The notes: generated from the sequence alone by a model not told the origin. Counted from the first letter of the stretch, positions 1 to 13,859 are shown. The stretch: DNA of 64,000 bases from Octopus vulgaris (GCA_951406725.2 OX597825.1:37696001-37760000); one strand, 5' to 3'. Made by a program: numbers and translations.

Positions 1-3000
1 ACTTAACTCGATAATCTTAATTGAAAGCTAAATAAATCATCATGCCTAGACAGACATAGGACAAAAAAATGGTGACTTCAAATAGAAAAGAATTCACAAA
101 ATGTGAAATAGAGATACATTTATTACAAATAGAGACAGGAGGAGGGAAACGCAAAAGGAGAGCAATCTTAAAATCGCACAACTACGAAAATATGTAGAGG
201 AGAAGAATGGATAATAAATACGAATATCCAGTAAATATGAACAAAATACAAAACTATTTTTTGTATCTTAGGAATCCTAAAACTTCAAGCAATTATGAAG
301 GGGCTGTACTACATTAATAGAAAAGCATAAATGAAACTAAAAATGAGATTGTATGCAAAATGTATGCAAAAACCATGGCAAGAAATTCCACTATATAGGC
401 AATGACATCTAAAGCCTAATAGGGTGAAAATAATATAACAAACAAGACAGGTGTTGTCTGAGAAGGACCCCATAGAATGATGACATTGATGGACATTTCA
501 GTGTGGTGCAAATGTCAGAGACGGAGAGAGAGAAAGAGAGGGAGAGAGAGAAATAGAGACAGATAGACAGAAAGAAACAAAGACCGAAAGAGGGGGAAAC
601 AGAAGCAGAGAGAGTAGCGAGCTTTCTTTCCGGGAAACTCTTTGTGTCCTTCTCGATTTATTTTACCTTTGACGTGCATTTTTCTTTTTTCTTTATTCTA
701 AATTATTTCGTCACCTTCTCTATATCTGCTCTGCATCGTCTTCTGATGATAGATGAAACTACTGATAAAGCGTATATTAATTATCTGATTATCGACTCCA
801 ACCACAATCGAATTTCCTCTTTTCCTAAGAAATGCAACCAGAACTCTTCAAAAGACAAGTTTCAAGATCCTTCTGCTCTTCTTGTTGCCTTCTTTGCATT
901 CTTTGATGACAGACCAATAGCAGCTTGGCTTTCCCCGCACTGCTCCACAACAGTTTTGCTGTGTTCCCGGTGTGGATATCATCAGGACTTGTATATCTGA
1001 ACAACCGTCTCTAGATAACATTTCTTTGTATCGCATCAGTAATTTCCACCTCTCCCTCAGAGTTGCAAATGTAAGGATGATTTCAATGTCAGCCCCACGC
1101 GTAATAGCTCTGCCTATAAACCCTTTAACTTTTTTCACTATGTCTTGCGCTACCAGTCTGGCAGCAGGTGTGCAGAGAGCCATTAATGTTATCTCACTTC
1201 GTTCTGTACATCTCACTTCTGTCGATCAAACGAATCACGTGTCATATATTAGACAATGTTTATAGCTCCTCGTTTGTGATCATGGGAAAATTTATAATAA
1301 TATAAAATAATTTAATTTAATCTAATATGATATAATATGATATAATATAAAACATATATGTTAATATACTTTCTGTGAACAGTGGAGACATGTATTGTCT
1401 CTACTTTGATGACACCAACACTTCCAGATCCTTAGATTAAATCACACTACTAGTAAACAACACAGATTCAAATTATGTGGACCCCAGAAATATCAGCCCT
1501 AAAATGTGATTATGACAATATATTTGCTGGTGCTGAATATGGGAAGAAATCCTAGTAATGTTTAACAAAACTAGTAACATTTGGAAGAATCACGAGAGAA
1601 ATATTACTGTTACTGCTGAGAATAACTATAACAACGTTGACAGAATAGACATTACGTTTCCGGTAGCCATATCACATCGGTGACACAAATTCTGGTATGT
1701 ACCGCTGAACAATAAGAATCCTAGATTACATGTATCAACTAAATACAGTGAAAATACAATACGCTAAAGAGGCAATTTCTTAAAAACCAGCCTAGGTTAA
1801 TGGATTCTATCAGTACCATACAAAGGAGAAGGTTACCGTTTACTACGTTATATTACACAGTGAAACAATTCTCTACCAAATTGAATACTCACTACAAAAT
1901 AATTGGGATTAGATAAACATGCGTACCCACTACAACAGACTATGTCGGATTAAATAAACAATGTACCATTATAAATGAGATAAAATACCAACATAGAAGA
2001 GGTTTGGGTTACAAGAAAAGTAATTTAATGTATAGAATATATTTTGCATGTTGTGAAGCAAGTAAAAAAACGAAGTTAACAATATTTAAACTTTGTAGAA
2101 ATTTTTACAAATGTTCGTACTCTTATCAGATACTAAATACAACATGAATAATGAACAAAGGCAAAGCTCTATGGCATATCAAGAAGAAAAGATTAATCCT
2201 TGAAATCAAAGATTACAAATGTTTTGTAGTCGAGAGAATTGTACTCCCAAAACCACAATTTTGAAAGCAATCTGCTCAAATCTTATAAAATTCTGATAGA
2301 ATTTAATAGGAAAATAATCAATTTATAAAAGAAAGAACGAAAAATGGAGTAGCTGACAAGAAAAGTATTAGAAATTGAAATACCATCATTTCTAAGAACT
2401 ATACAGCCTGATTTCATGCTTACATTAATAGCTTTGGGAACTAGAAAATTCCTGACTGTTTTACGAAGTAAATTTATTAGAGGTTGTCCTTTAACTGATT
2501 ACACTGACAGATAACGACAGTTTTCTGCTCTCTGTTAAGCTGTCCAGCACAAGTATCTCGATGTCTCCTTATACGTAGAACAACAATGGTTTTCAAGAAA
2601 GAGCGTAAAGATATGCCGTCTATAAACTAATCCATTGTCCGTTGCTAAATCATAAAGTGTATCCCAAAATCTAATCAATCACGATAATAAAAAAATTACA
2701 AAAATTAAAATGAAAAAATACATATTGTAACTTTTGTAGAACAGAAGTATTGTATTCACATGATCTACTCGACTCTTGACCAGCGTCTTATTAACAAAAC
2801 TGACACTGCTAAAATAAGGAGAACGAAAACAGTTTAAGTGCATAGATTAACGGCAAGAAAGCATTCGTTTTGTTTCTAAGTATCTTGCTTATCAACATAT
2901 TGGAAGTACTTCCCCGTTGTGTACTTCATTAAAATAAAAAATGAGGCGTTGCCAAACACTATGATTATAAAGTCTAGGCACAATTTGGGTTGCATGTTTC

Positions 3001-3789
3001 TGCAAACTGACTATAAACAACAAGTAGTATAAGCTAAAATAAAACAGTGTATTAAAGAAGAAATCATACTCTCGTAAACGACAATGCCTCATACAGCTCA
3101 GATACACGAGCATGCATTTGAATATTCATAAATCCTTTTCCGGAGAAGAGAAGGCTTGCTGCAAGACCTAATTTTTCTGTAAAGAACAATTTCTGATTAT
3201 AAAGCCATAACCGAAATTTATGGCTGGATATAAAAACTGTGAATATTGCATGGATGAATTGAGTGCTATAATCCGTTAGACAGTCCCTACCGGTAATCGT
3301 GGAAAATTTAACCACGTGTAAAATATTATTAATCGGAAGGAAATGCATTAAACATGCATGACTAACTGGTAAACAATTACACAAACGCAAAATAAAGTAT
3401 CTATTGTAACTGTACAGAAATATTTCAATAAAACAAAGGATTCTACCATATATAAAACAAACGCTGAATTAGCAAAAAGTTATGAAAAAAAAAGGAGAGC
3501 AACAAAAGAAGTTAGTGAAGAAGCAGAAAAAGACACAAAAGAAAAACACTAAGGTGAAACTAGGAACCTCAGAATGCCATCCCAACACAACAAGAAAATT
3601 TCTAACATGATATATGTCTGTAAACAAAAAGACACTATGAACGCTTCATGACAATCATGTTAATATCATAATATTTTTCATACCGGCCAACTTATAAAGT
3701 GACAAACTTGTATTGGTCACAAACAGGCGTTTTCAGTATTTGTTTCTTTAGTATGTACTGCAAGGGATTCATTTAGTGTATACAGAGGT

Positions 3790-4030
3790 ATTTCCTGCAA
3801 TATTAGCCACCAAAAGGATATCAAACGCAGATCACCGAATCTCGTAAACACAGTCAACTTTCAGCCTATAATATCGATAAATCGAACCAATATATGAATA
3901 ATTCATATTTTTTGTAGAATGAAAACTTGCCTAGTAGACTGCCGCTTTATTTGAACAAGCTCGAAGATAAGGGAACTATGCAAAGGTGTGTATGTACTAT
4001 CTCTTGATCGCAAAAGCGACATAAAATACT
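3790..4030 (+). pseudogene. Possible highly decayed non-LTR RT fragment
   Basis: Manual translation gives VNFQPIISIN (cf. NYRPISLL) and VYVLSLDRKS (cf. xLDxxKAFD) in the expected order, with many stops and frameshifts. Confidence 0.2.
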
Positions 4031-5280
4031 AACACTATTTGAAATTTTATCACCGGATTAAAAAGAACAAAAATGAACAATTCACTTTTGTTCAATTTAT
4101 AATAATTACCTTTTATATCTTATTAATAAATGCTTAGCAGACGTTAGATGTGATTCTAGTTTAATATTTATCTGAATCATTTTTCTATTTAGCTCAGCCT
4201 AAATTGTACTATTCAACTAGTCTTCAAATCCATTAAGGTACTCAGTTTTCAGTGTGTGTGTGTAAGAAAATTAAAGAGCTGACCTTCGATCAGAAACGAA
4301 TCAATTTTTGTTATGGTTTAGATTTATAATATACCATTCGAACAGGCCGATGCTAATATCCAAGCAAGCTACATTGAAACCTTGCTATTCAAACGATGCC
4401 ATAAATTTGGTCTGCCATTGTTATCTTGGGCGGATTTGTTATAGGTTAATAGCACAATTTGGTTAAGGGAATACAGAAAACTTTGTTCTAGTTGACCTTT
4501 CTTTGTAAATTCATTGCAATGACGTTGGCTGCTGTTCACATTTCAGTATTTCTAAACAATAAAACATCTAACCAAGTTGAGAAAAATGCTCAATAAAATG
4601 ATAACTAGAGAAATAAAATAGTATTTAGATAAATGGAATAATAAAAATGCTATTAAATGGGTTATATATTTGACGAATATGATGAAGATATGAAATAAAA
4701 TAAAATACAATAGATAAACTATTGAAAAAATGATATCAATATATAGTTTGAGATTTTATGGGGATAATAGTTTAAATGCATTAGAGAGTTTAACCTCGTA
4801 TTTTATCTAAACAATTCTGTAAAGTGATCTATTAAACTGAAACATCCCAATGGAGATACAATTATTGATTCCTTACCTAGACCAACGTTTTCACATTTAA
4901 GAGTACCATGTAATGTTATGGCGTCCATGCCTTAACCAATGCTACTACTGAGTATTATCGAAGCGAATTAGTTTCAAGCGGGAAAAATAAAAGATCAAAA
5001 ACTTGACAAAAGTGGAGAGGTTGCTTAAATAATATAATAAAACTTTCCATATAATAAACTTCAACACGCAGATATCGAAATAATACGATAATTGTACTTC
5101 CTCCAAGCAATCACACACAAAAAATAACGAATTATAGTTTTCTATAATCCGTTCGGATCAGTAAGACAGAGGTGAAAATATCAACATCAAAAGTAATATA
5201 TAGATAAGCAGATACGTATATACATAAGCAAGTATGTATGTTCATGTACATACATAAATACATATATACATACACACGCA

Positions 5281-5317
<37 letters not shown>

Positions 5318-6198
5318 GGAATCGGGAAACAGAGATACAAAATATTAATATATAATGTAAGATACACTGAGAGAGGGGGCGACTGAATAAGATAAGGAAC
5401 TATGTATATGTGCATGTGTAAGTTTGTATACGTGTGTGTGTGTATGCGTGTATGTGTGTTTGTGTGTGTGTGTTTATTTGTGTGTGTTTGTTGCTTTATT
5501 TTGAATGTTTCTCTTATGAAGACTCCAAGCTAGATGGGTATATTAAAATTTAGAAGAAAATTCAAAAGATTTTAATATCAATCTTGTGTTCTTGGTGGTA
5601 ATGGTGATAATAGTGCTGGTGTAGATGTTGTTTAGGACAGACATAATAAGTAGGAATATTAATGGAAGTCAAATACGTCAGGCGTAATCAGAACTAATTT
5701 GTTCAATTAATTAATTTTTTCCCATTAAAAGTAGAATTGTTTCAATCGCCAAGAGATGGCTCACAAACTGTATAATTTCAAATGACAGCGATGCTTAATG
5801 CAAACTAGTCTGATGCATTTACCGATATATTGACACATATGACTCGATCTTTAAGTCAAGAAATATAAGCCCCAGTAACTTGTTGTGCGGTCCATCGTCA
5901 CAAAGTACAGAAAGAACTGTGTAATTCTGAATAAGGCCTTAGCGCCAACACTATACAATCATTTTGAAGGATTTCTATAACAAAAATTAGTATTCTCATT
6001 CTAATAATCAGAGAATTTCCCAATATAATATCTCTTTCTGAGTATAGAATCTTATATCAACACACAATCTCACCTGGTAACATATATTTGTTACAAAATT
6101 TAAAAGTATTTTGCAGGACACCCAAGGTATAACTATTTCTTTCTCTCTTTCTCTGTCTGTTTGTCTGCCTCCGTCTGTCTGTCTGTCTCTCTCCCACT

Positions 6199-6241
<43 letters not shown>

Positions 6242-6247
<6 letters not shown>

Positions 6248-6441
6248 TATAGAAGGAGCTTCTACAGGACTAGAACTGTTTCATTCAAATGAAATCTTCA
6301 GGAAGCTCAGATCTCCCTGAAGATTTCATTTCAATGAAACAGTTCTAGTCCTGTAAACTCCTTCTATAAAATAAATTAATTTACTCTGCTATGTATTGAG
6401 TACCTTATTAACTGTGGTTAACCCCGACTCAACCCGGGACC

Positions 6442-6445
<4 letters not shown>
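6242..6445. mobile_element. Short PLE-terminus remnant with fold-back, inserted in (TA)n
   Basis: Inverted arms about 6247-6302 and 6316-6369, a unique tail to about 6445, (TA)n on both sides, and an HHR core in the arms. Confidence 0.7.
6256..6308 (-). ncRNA. Type I hammerhead ribozyme motif
   Basis: Minus strand reads GAGCTTC-CTGAAGA-TTTCATTTGAAT-GAAA-CAGTTCTAGTCCTG-TA-GAAGCTC: 7-bp stem I, intact core, stem III ACAG/CTGT, GUA cleavage triplet. Confidence 0.75.
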
Positions 6446-6489
<44 letters not shown>

Positions 6490-6844
6490 CTATATTTAAA
6501 TCTTATTTATATCTTTAAATCACGTCTCATATTTTTTAATGTATGAATTAACTCCATGTTGGACACTGTAATGATATTTGATCCCTTTATAGACCGTTTG
6601 GGTATCGGTCTGGTGTGTAGCATGCCATAACTTACCTCATGGACTGTTAGACGCTTTTTAACCTAGTTTTTTTTAACCTAAGAGAAAGGAATCTCCAAAA
6701 TAAAACCTGAGGCATTGGAAGATCCCGGTTTTGTGAATTTTAATGTCACAGCGGCGAAAATGTTCTTGGACCAATAGTTGGGGGTAATTAAATTCAAGCT
6801 ACACCCACTGAAAATTATTCATCTGCACAGGTGCATCTTGTACA

Positions 6845-7040
6845 CCAAGTGCTTAGTAGTATTCTGTCTGCATTACGTTCTGAGTTCTAATTCTGCCGTG
6901 GTCGACTTTGCCATACATCTTTTCGGTGTCGATTAAATAAGTATCAGTTATGCACTGGAGTCGATGTAATAGACTTAATCCATTTGTCTGTCCTTGTTTG
7001 CACCCCCACCATGTTTAGTCCCCTGTGGGCAATAAAGAAA
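6845..7040 (+). mobile_element. SINE family B, 5'-degraded copy
   Basis: Clearly homologous to 24644-24825 (shared gtcgattaaataa...cactgg.gtcgatgtaat.gacttaatcc...atgtttag.ccc.tgtgggcaata). Confidence 0.7.
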
Positions 7041-8244
7041 TATATATTCAGAGGCATGACTTAAAAGTTAAGGCATTAAGTGCATGACCAATTGAAACCA
7101 TAAGCTTATGTTTACTAAGTAGAATATCTGACCGCTTGTGCAACTGGGTTGCATGTCCTTTCCTTCATAATAGTACTCTATTTCAATCTGGGTCAGTCTG
7201 AAATTGGATACCATCCCAATGCTAGTGGTGGCGGTTTTTCTTCCAGCTGAGATGTTCTTGATGATCTACGATGTCATAGTTTTGGAGGTCGCGGGTTTGT
7301 CAGTATCTAATAATGTCTCCCTAAGTATAAAGAAAAATTAGCGAACGAATAGTACAAATTAGCAGATGACACTCGCTTACCAGTGACGGCTATGCTTCTA
7401 TGTATATATACTACTCTTCATTTTCAGTAACTTTTCACATCATTTTCAAAAGTTTCCTGACCTCATGTAATTTCTTTACAGGTTTATTGATGTTACAGAT
7501 GATGACATGCTCGTGATCTGAATCTGACTGGTTTCGCAAGGATAGAAACAAAATCATGCAGACAGTCATCAAGATGCATACGAGCACTTATGATTGTTTT
7601 ATTTTATTGCCTACGTTATACCATATTTAGTATCACCTACTCGCACAACAGACACATGAAATACGATACTGTTTTCTCCTTTTCTTATTTGGTTGTGATA
7701 AAAATTCATGTAAACTTTACAAGTGGATTGATCATTAAAGTACTGGTAACGTCATGGATTTGCATTTAGTTTTCTGTTAATGATATTTTCCTTTTAGTAT
7801 GTTGAAAGAATGCGGCAGAGTATCAGTTGTTGACCCGCTTGCAATAAATCATAGGATGTTCATCTATAGCTTCCGGCTGATTACTGCATTACTTTCTTTA
7901 CAAATTCTTTGAATGCTATCGTTCAAAGTCGCCTCTCCGTCATTTTGCTTTGCATCGGATCACTTGACGCCATTATCAATAAGGCTATCTGGTGACTTCT
8001 GCAAGAAGAGAAGCCATATATGATTTTTTTTCTCTTGAGCTAACTACAACATTCACCCTTTGAACCTTTTCGCTTCCTTCGTATTTTCTTGCTTTTGTTT
8101 TCCTTGGAGCCAACTAACTATTGGATAAGAAATAAATCTGGTCAATAACAAGAAGACAGGTTTTTGAAAGTGCTTTGTTCTTTGATGATATTGATACTAC
8201 TGCTCCTAAAGATAATAATAGTAATATTGATATGAAAAACGAAA

Positions 8245-8292
8245 TAATAATAATCAATAATAATAATAATAACAACAACAACAACAACAACA

Positions 8293-8326
<34 letters not shown>

Positions 8327-8390
8327 GAGGATGATGATGATAATAATAATAATAATAACAAAAGTAAAAGTAATAATAAAAGTAATAAAA
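8245..8390. repeat. Compound trinucleotide microsatellite (AAT)n(AAC)n(GAT)n(AAT)n
   Basis: Seen directly; explains the poly-N/D/I ORFs. Confidence 0.95.
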
Positions 8391-9689
8391 ATGTCGATGT
8401 TGAGACTAAGAAAACTTGTAAAAAGAACATATATAATAAAAATAAAATAACTAAATCAAGTAATAAAAATAGAAAAAATGGGGAAAAACGCAAGTCTAAC
8501 ACATGATTCATTATTCGAAAACGACGCCTGTAAACCATTTTCTGTTGGTTGAATTACTGAGACCTAATTCCTACGATGATGAAAAACAAAAATATCTTAG
8601 AAATGTCGAATACCCATTCTTAATAAAGAAACTGATATCAGAGAACAAAGACAAAGAAAGACAAAAGAACGATAAGCAGCTTTCTTAGTAATTCCTATAC
8701 TTTGCTTTTCTATAGTATTAACGATACGTCTCTGTTTTCATCCGATTTCTAGCTTGTAGCTTATCTCATACATGGTCACAGCAATAGTGAATTGGTTCAG
8801 ATAGGTTTATTGCGTAGAAACAGTATCCGATTCAACGTGCGAATCTCTTCGTGTTGGCCTGACTTTCAAGAAGTAACTACTAAACGAATTTTAAATCAAA
8901 CCCGACTATCTTTAAAGTATACTACATTGCCAAATATGATCATAAGGATATATCTGAAAAATTTCACGATGATCTTTTGATAACAGGGTTACTAAAGTTA
9001 AGGGACTGTAGGTAGTAAAATATACTTACGACCTAAGGTTCATAATCGAATCACATTATGTTATTCTGGTATTCGGTTAAGTCGTATATTCAGTTCGGTG
9101 AATTAAAAACTAAAACTAGGACTCCAAAAGGTTATATTACACTATTCAGATTTCGATTCAGTCACAATTCTATAACTAACACGTGTATTCTGTGTCATCA
9201 TTACAACATTTAATGCTGGTTCGGCAAATAAAGTTATAATTCATATACCTTTACTCTCGGATTATCAGTTATAATATTTAAGACAGATTTCTGTCACTTT
9301 CACATGGAACAATTGCCTGGTCCTGGCATCGATATTTTTGCTAGCATGACTAGTTGCTTAAAGTTGACAAGACAAAAATCAATACTCCTAGGAAGGTGTA
9401 TATTCTTTATAATTCAGCATTTCATTTAAATCATACCTTAATTGTAATGTGTACATGTTTTTTAACAAAACACATCGGTCCAGATGTAACAAAGCTTAAG
9501 GAAATTACACGAACCAACTCATCTCATTGATCACAAAAGTCGAGTTTCTAGCTGAGAGTATTTTCTGACCTCATCTCCTTTACATCGCTATTCTCAAGAC
9601 ACGCAAAACCTTTGTGTAAGTCAAAGTGAGGGGTATATATGCTTCTCCTATTTTCGGAATGCAGACTCTGACATTTTTCAGTCGATTCA

Positions 9690-9890
9690 TATAGCATTTT
9701 CATGTTAGAAATAGCTATCAAATTACCTTCAAATCACACTCTATACACTGTATATTTAAAAAAAAGGACATTATTGTTCTTGATACAATATTCCTGCAAT
9801 CAAAATGACAGGGTAATTATAAGTGGAATGCCTCTTATCATAAGTCAACTTGATTAAGGCTCACTCGATGATGAAAATAGCAGCTCTCTT
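9690..9890 (+). mobile_element. Old interspersed repeat, related to 18741-18945
   Basis: Shared order of motifs gaaatag..caaatt..cttca, ggaa..ctt.at.a..g, tcga...gg.t.ac with the 18.8-kb copy; heavily diverged. Confidence 0.35.
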
Positions 9891-10147
9891 AAAATAAACT
9901 GAAGAAAAAATCAATACATTGGGCAATCATGTAGTAGATTGTGTGTTAATGTTAGCCACCATGATGCCAAAGTTTATGATCAAATGCATTCTATATTCGT
10001 GAGCCTCTCTGAAGTGTCTCTTATAATAGTTGACGTGAGATCTGAGGGAGTGGTGTCTACAATTTTTAACAAATGGAGAAGTACATATATACAGACATAC
10101 GTGCATGCATACATACCCCCACACATACACATATATGCATATATGTA

Positions 10148-10207
<60 letters not shown>

Positions 10208-10217
10208 ATATATATAT

Positions 10218-10544
<327 letters not shown>

Positions 10545-10576
10545 TAGATAGATAGATACATATATATATACATATA

Positions 10577-10997
10577 GGCGCAGGAGTGGCTGTGTGGTAA
10601 GTAGCTTGCTAACCAACCACATGGTTCCGGGTTCAGTCCCACTGCGTGGCATCTTGGGCAAGTGTCTTCTGCTATAGCCCGGGCCGACCAATGCTTTGTG
10701 GGTGGATTTGGTAGACGGAAACTGAAAGAAGCCTGTCGTATATATGTATGTATATATATAAGTGTGTGTGTATATGTTTGTGTGTCTGTGTTTGTCCCCC
10801 TAGCATTGCTTGACAACCGATGCTGGTGTATTTACGTCCCCGTCACTTAGCGGTTCGGCAAAAGAGACCGATAGAATATGTACTGGGCTTACAAAGAATA
10901 AGTCCTGGGGTCGATTTGCTCGACTAAAACGCGGTGCTCCAGCATGGCCGCAGTCAAATGACTGAAACAAGTAAAAGAGTAAAAGAGTAAAAGAGTA
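10577..10997 (+). mobile_element. tRNA-derived SINE family A (CORE-like, octopus OR-type), full length
   Basis: A box tggctgtgtgg, B box ggttcagtccc, CORE-like cttgggcaagt, internal (TA/TG)n, and a (GTAAAAGA)n tail. Second copy at 15337-15721. Confidence 0.85.
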
Positions 10998-11242
10998 TAC
11001 ATACATATACATATATATATATATATAGATATATATGTGCATATATATATAGATATATATATGTGCATATATATATAGATATATATATATGCATATATAT
11101 ATATATATATTAATAAAAAGAATTCCAACCTTGTCTGATTTTCACGTTTTATTTACAATCTTATAATGATATATTATAAGATAATATATTATAATTGAAT
11201 AAAATAAAATGAAATAGTAGAATGTTAAATATTCATTCTGAT

Positions 11243-11287
11243 TGAACTAGTACTTTCATGCATTGAATTCTGCAATCTTCGGGTTCA
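11243..11287 (-). ncRNA. Minimal type I hammerhead motif in the PLE 3' region (U4C core variant)
   Basis: TGAAC-CCGAAGA-TTGCAGAATTCAATGCAT-GAAA-GTAC-TA-GTTCA: stem I TGAAC/GTTCA, stem II TGCA/TGCA, palindromic stem III AGTACT. Confidence 0.75.
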
Positions 11288-11781
11288 TGTAGTAGTGTTG
11301 ACAGTCATGCTTCACAATTTTTGACTGTAGCAAGATGAGTGATTCTGTGCTATAAATACAGCTGGGTAGGCTCCAGAGTGCTAGGTTTTGCAAACTGTAT
11401 TCTGACCAATCAGTGTGTAGTATCACTCAATTACTTAAGCTGATTGGTTGGTTGAGCTGATTGGTTTAGGCATCACGCTTTGTTGGACAGGTCAAGAGTC
11501 CTGTATCTTGACCCTGGCCGAAGCAGCAATTGTTGGCTTATTTTTAGAAATGTTGTAAATATCCTTTGTCAGAGATTTTTATATTTTTATATTTCAATTG
11601 TCATCATCATCATTGTCAGCACCTTAATTATTGTTGCTAGTGGTGATGGTGGTGGCAATAGAACTTTTAACCCTAAATAAGATAATTTTCCTGCTATCTT
11701 CGTCTTGATCACCTTTAGTATTGTTGTTGTTGTTAGTGGTCATGGTCGTAGCAGTGGAAGTAATACCTCTAAGTATTATTA

Positions 11782-13600
11782 TTATTGCTTATTTAGCTTG
11801 GGTTCGAATTTATCAATAAAATTCTTTTCTCTGATTTTCCTCTCGATTTCACTTGGGCTGTGTAATTTGTAGAATGGAAATATTATATATATTTTCCGAC
11901 CACATGTTGCTAGGTGGTTACTCAAAGGTATCTGACGGACCTCTGGGTCTCTAATCTGTTGCCGGTGTACACGTGAGCGTTCTAATAGTGCGTTTCCCGT
12001 CTGACCTACATATATTTCTTCACAATTTGGGCATTTGATGCAGTAAATTAAATTTCTGCTTTTGCAGTTCATATTCGCGTTTGTGAATATTTTCCCGGTT
12101 TTTGTGTTTATATATTGACCGGTATGTATGAATTGGCATGTGCCACATCGGCTATCATTGCATTTAGATACCGTGAATGTTTGGTCTTTGTTGCTGAGGT
12201 CAAATTTTGCCTTTGTTAGTAATGTTTTCAAGTTTTTAGGCTGTCTTTTACTAAGTACCATAGCTCGATCCTTGATTATGTCTTTTAATTCATTACTTTG
12301 GGCAATGATTGGTAGGTTTGCTTTGGCAATGTTGAAGATATTCTGGTGACATGGGTTGTGTGTCACTATGAATGGTATGACTTGTTCTTGTTTTCCTCTT
12401 CCTTGGGTTGTCCTAAGTTGTTGTATAGGTATTTTTATAGCCCGCTGTATGCCATTTTCTATAAGTAGAGATGGGTATTTTTGTTTGAGCAAAAATTCTC
12501 TTAGTTCTATTAGGCGTTTGTTCCTGATATTTGCATCTTCTACAATAGTACAAATTCTTCTGGCTAGGCAGTATGGGATGTTACGTTTTGTATGTGGTGG
12601 ATGGCACGACTTAAAATTTAGGTATTGATGTGTGTCTGTGTGTTTATAGTATATATCTGTGGTGATGGTGGTGTCTTTTTTAATTACCATTATATCCAGG
12701 AATGGTAATTTGGTACTACTCATCTCCTTTGTAAATTTGAGAGATGGGTGTAGGTTGTTCAGGAGGATATTGAACTCTTCCAGAGTATTTAGAGATTCTG
12801 TCCAGATTATGAAACAGTCGTCTAGGTATCTCTTCCATGCCTTTTCAATATACTTTCTAAATCCAGTGCCATAGTTTACCTCCACCTCTTGGTAGAGTTG
12901 TTCTTCTAAGTATCCCATTACAGAGTTGGCGTAAACGGGAGCAAACCTCGTTTCCATCGCCGTGCCTCTAATTTGGATGTAATTCTTTCCATTGAAGAAG
13001 AATGTGTTATTTTCTAGAATAAGTTTGACTGTGTCTAATATAAATGGCACTGTGAATCTGCTGGGAATCACTTCTCTATGTTTTTCTAACCAGTATTTAA
13101 TCGCCTTTATTCCTAAATCGTGTGGAATATTGGTGTAGAGGCTTACCACATCAAAACTTAGTAAAACTGAATTTGTTTCTGTTGTTTTGGGAAGATGGGA
13201 CAGGAAGTCGATGTCATCCCTGATGAAACTTGGTATGTAAGTACATAGTGGTTTCAAAACAATGTCAATAAAATTGCTTAGACGGTGTGTAGGGCATGCT
13301 GGACCAGCTATAATAGGTCTAAGTTTTAGGTCTTTTGGATGTAATAATTTTATGTACTCACTTTCTTGTTCTTTTACTGCCTGTTGAATGTTTTTTGATT
13401 TGTGTATTTTTGGTAAGCCGTAGAAGTTGCTGGGTTTTGGTTCAAAATTGGTGATGTAGTCTTTTTCATTATCCGTAAGTGAGTTGCGGTGTGTTGAAAT
13501 CAGGTTGTTGATCTTTTTTCATGATGTGGTGGTCTATATTTGCGGGTATTTCACAATAGAAGGTTGTATCCTTCAGTTGGTCTTCAACCAAATCCTTCAA
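11782..13600 (-). pseudogene. PLE reverse transcriptase-GIY-YIG endonuclease ORF (5'-truncated, one frameshift)
   Basis: The 491-aa ORF extends in frame upstream to about 13515 (FYGLPKIHK...LRPIIAG); a +1 A in an A run near 13514-13519 shifts to LKDLVEDQLKDTTFY up to 13600. Motifs: SFDVVSLYTNIP, GTAMET (canonical GTAMG), RYLDD, FLD, YYKHTDTHQYL, Cys linker CNDSRCGTC, LIYCIKCPNC-IYVGQT, R..H, NH. Confidence 0.93.
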
Positions 13601-13626
13601 GAAAGAAGCAACAAGAATGGATAGGT

Positions 13627-13717
13627 TTTTAGTACAATCGTTTCATACAAGGACAGGCTTTATTAAAAGTTGCAAAAATTACAGCATATAAACGTGTCCT
13701 GTACTCATCAGCTAAAA
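13627..13717 (-). ncRNA. Type I hammerhead ribozyme (inverted copy)
   Basis: Exact reverse complement of 14046-14136. Confidence 0.85.
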
Positions 13718-13859
13718 TACATGTGAGTTCTCTAGACATCCTATTGGTTGAGGCTATACTCATGAAGTAGATAATTAAGTAACATAAACAGATTTCCAAA
13801 GTTCATTAAAGTTCTTTAAAGATGATGTACAGTCTTATCACAGAATTTAAAAAAAATTC

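Larger units (their letters stand above)
11112..13600 (-). mobile_element. Penelope-like retroelement (Neptune-type), 5'-truncated
   Basis: RT + GIY-YIG ORF, about 670-nt 3' region containing an HHR motif, 3' end abutting (TA)n. Confidence 0.93.

Noticed and set aside
7522-7575. Minus-strand TGATGA...GAAA-CCAG-TC-AGAT HHR-like string
   Set aside because: C3 is missing and stem II pairs poorly; could be a fossil but cannot be supported.
12128-12874. Three plus-strand ORFs
   Set aside because: Antisense shadows of the PLE RT ORF.
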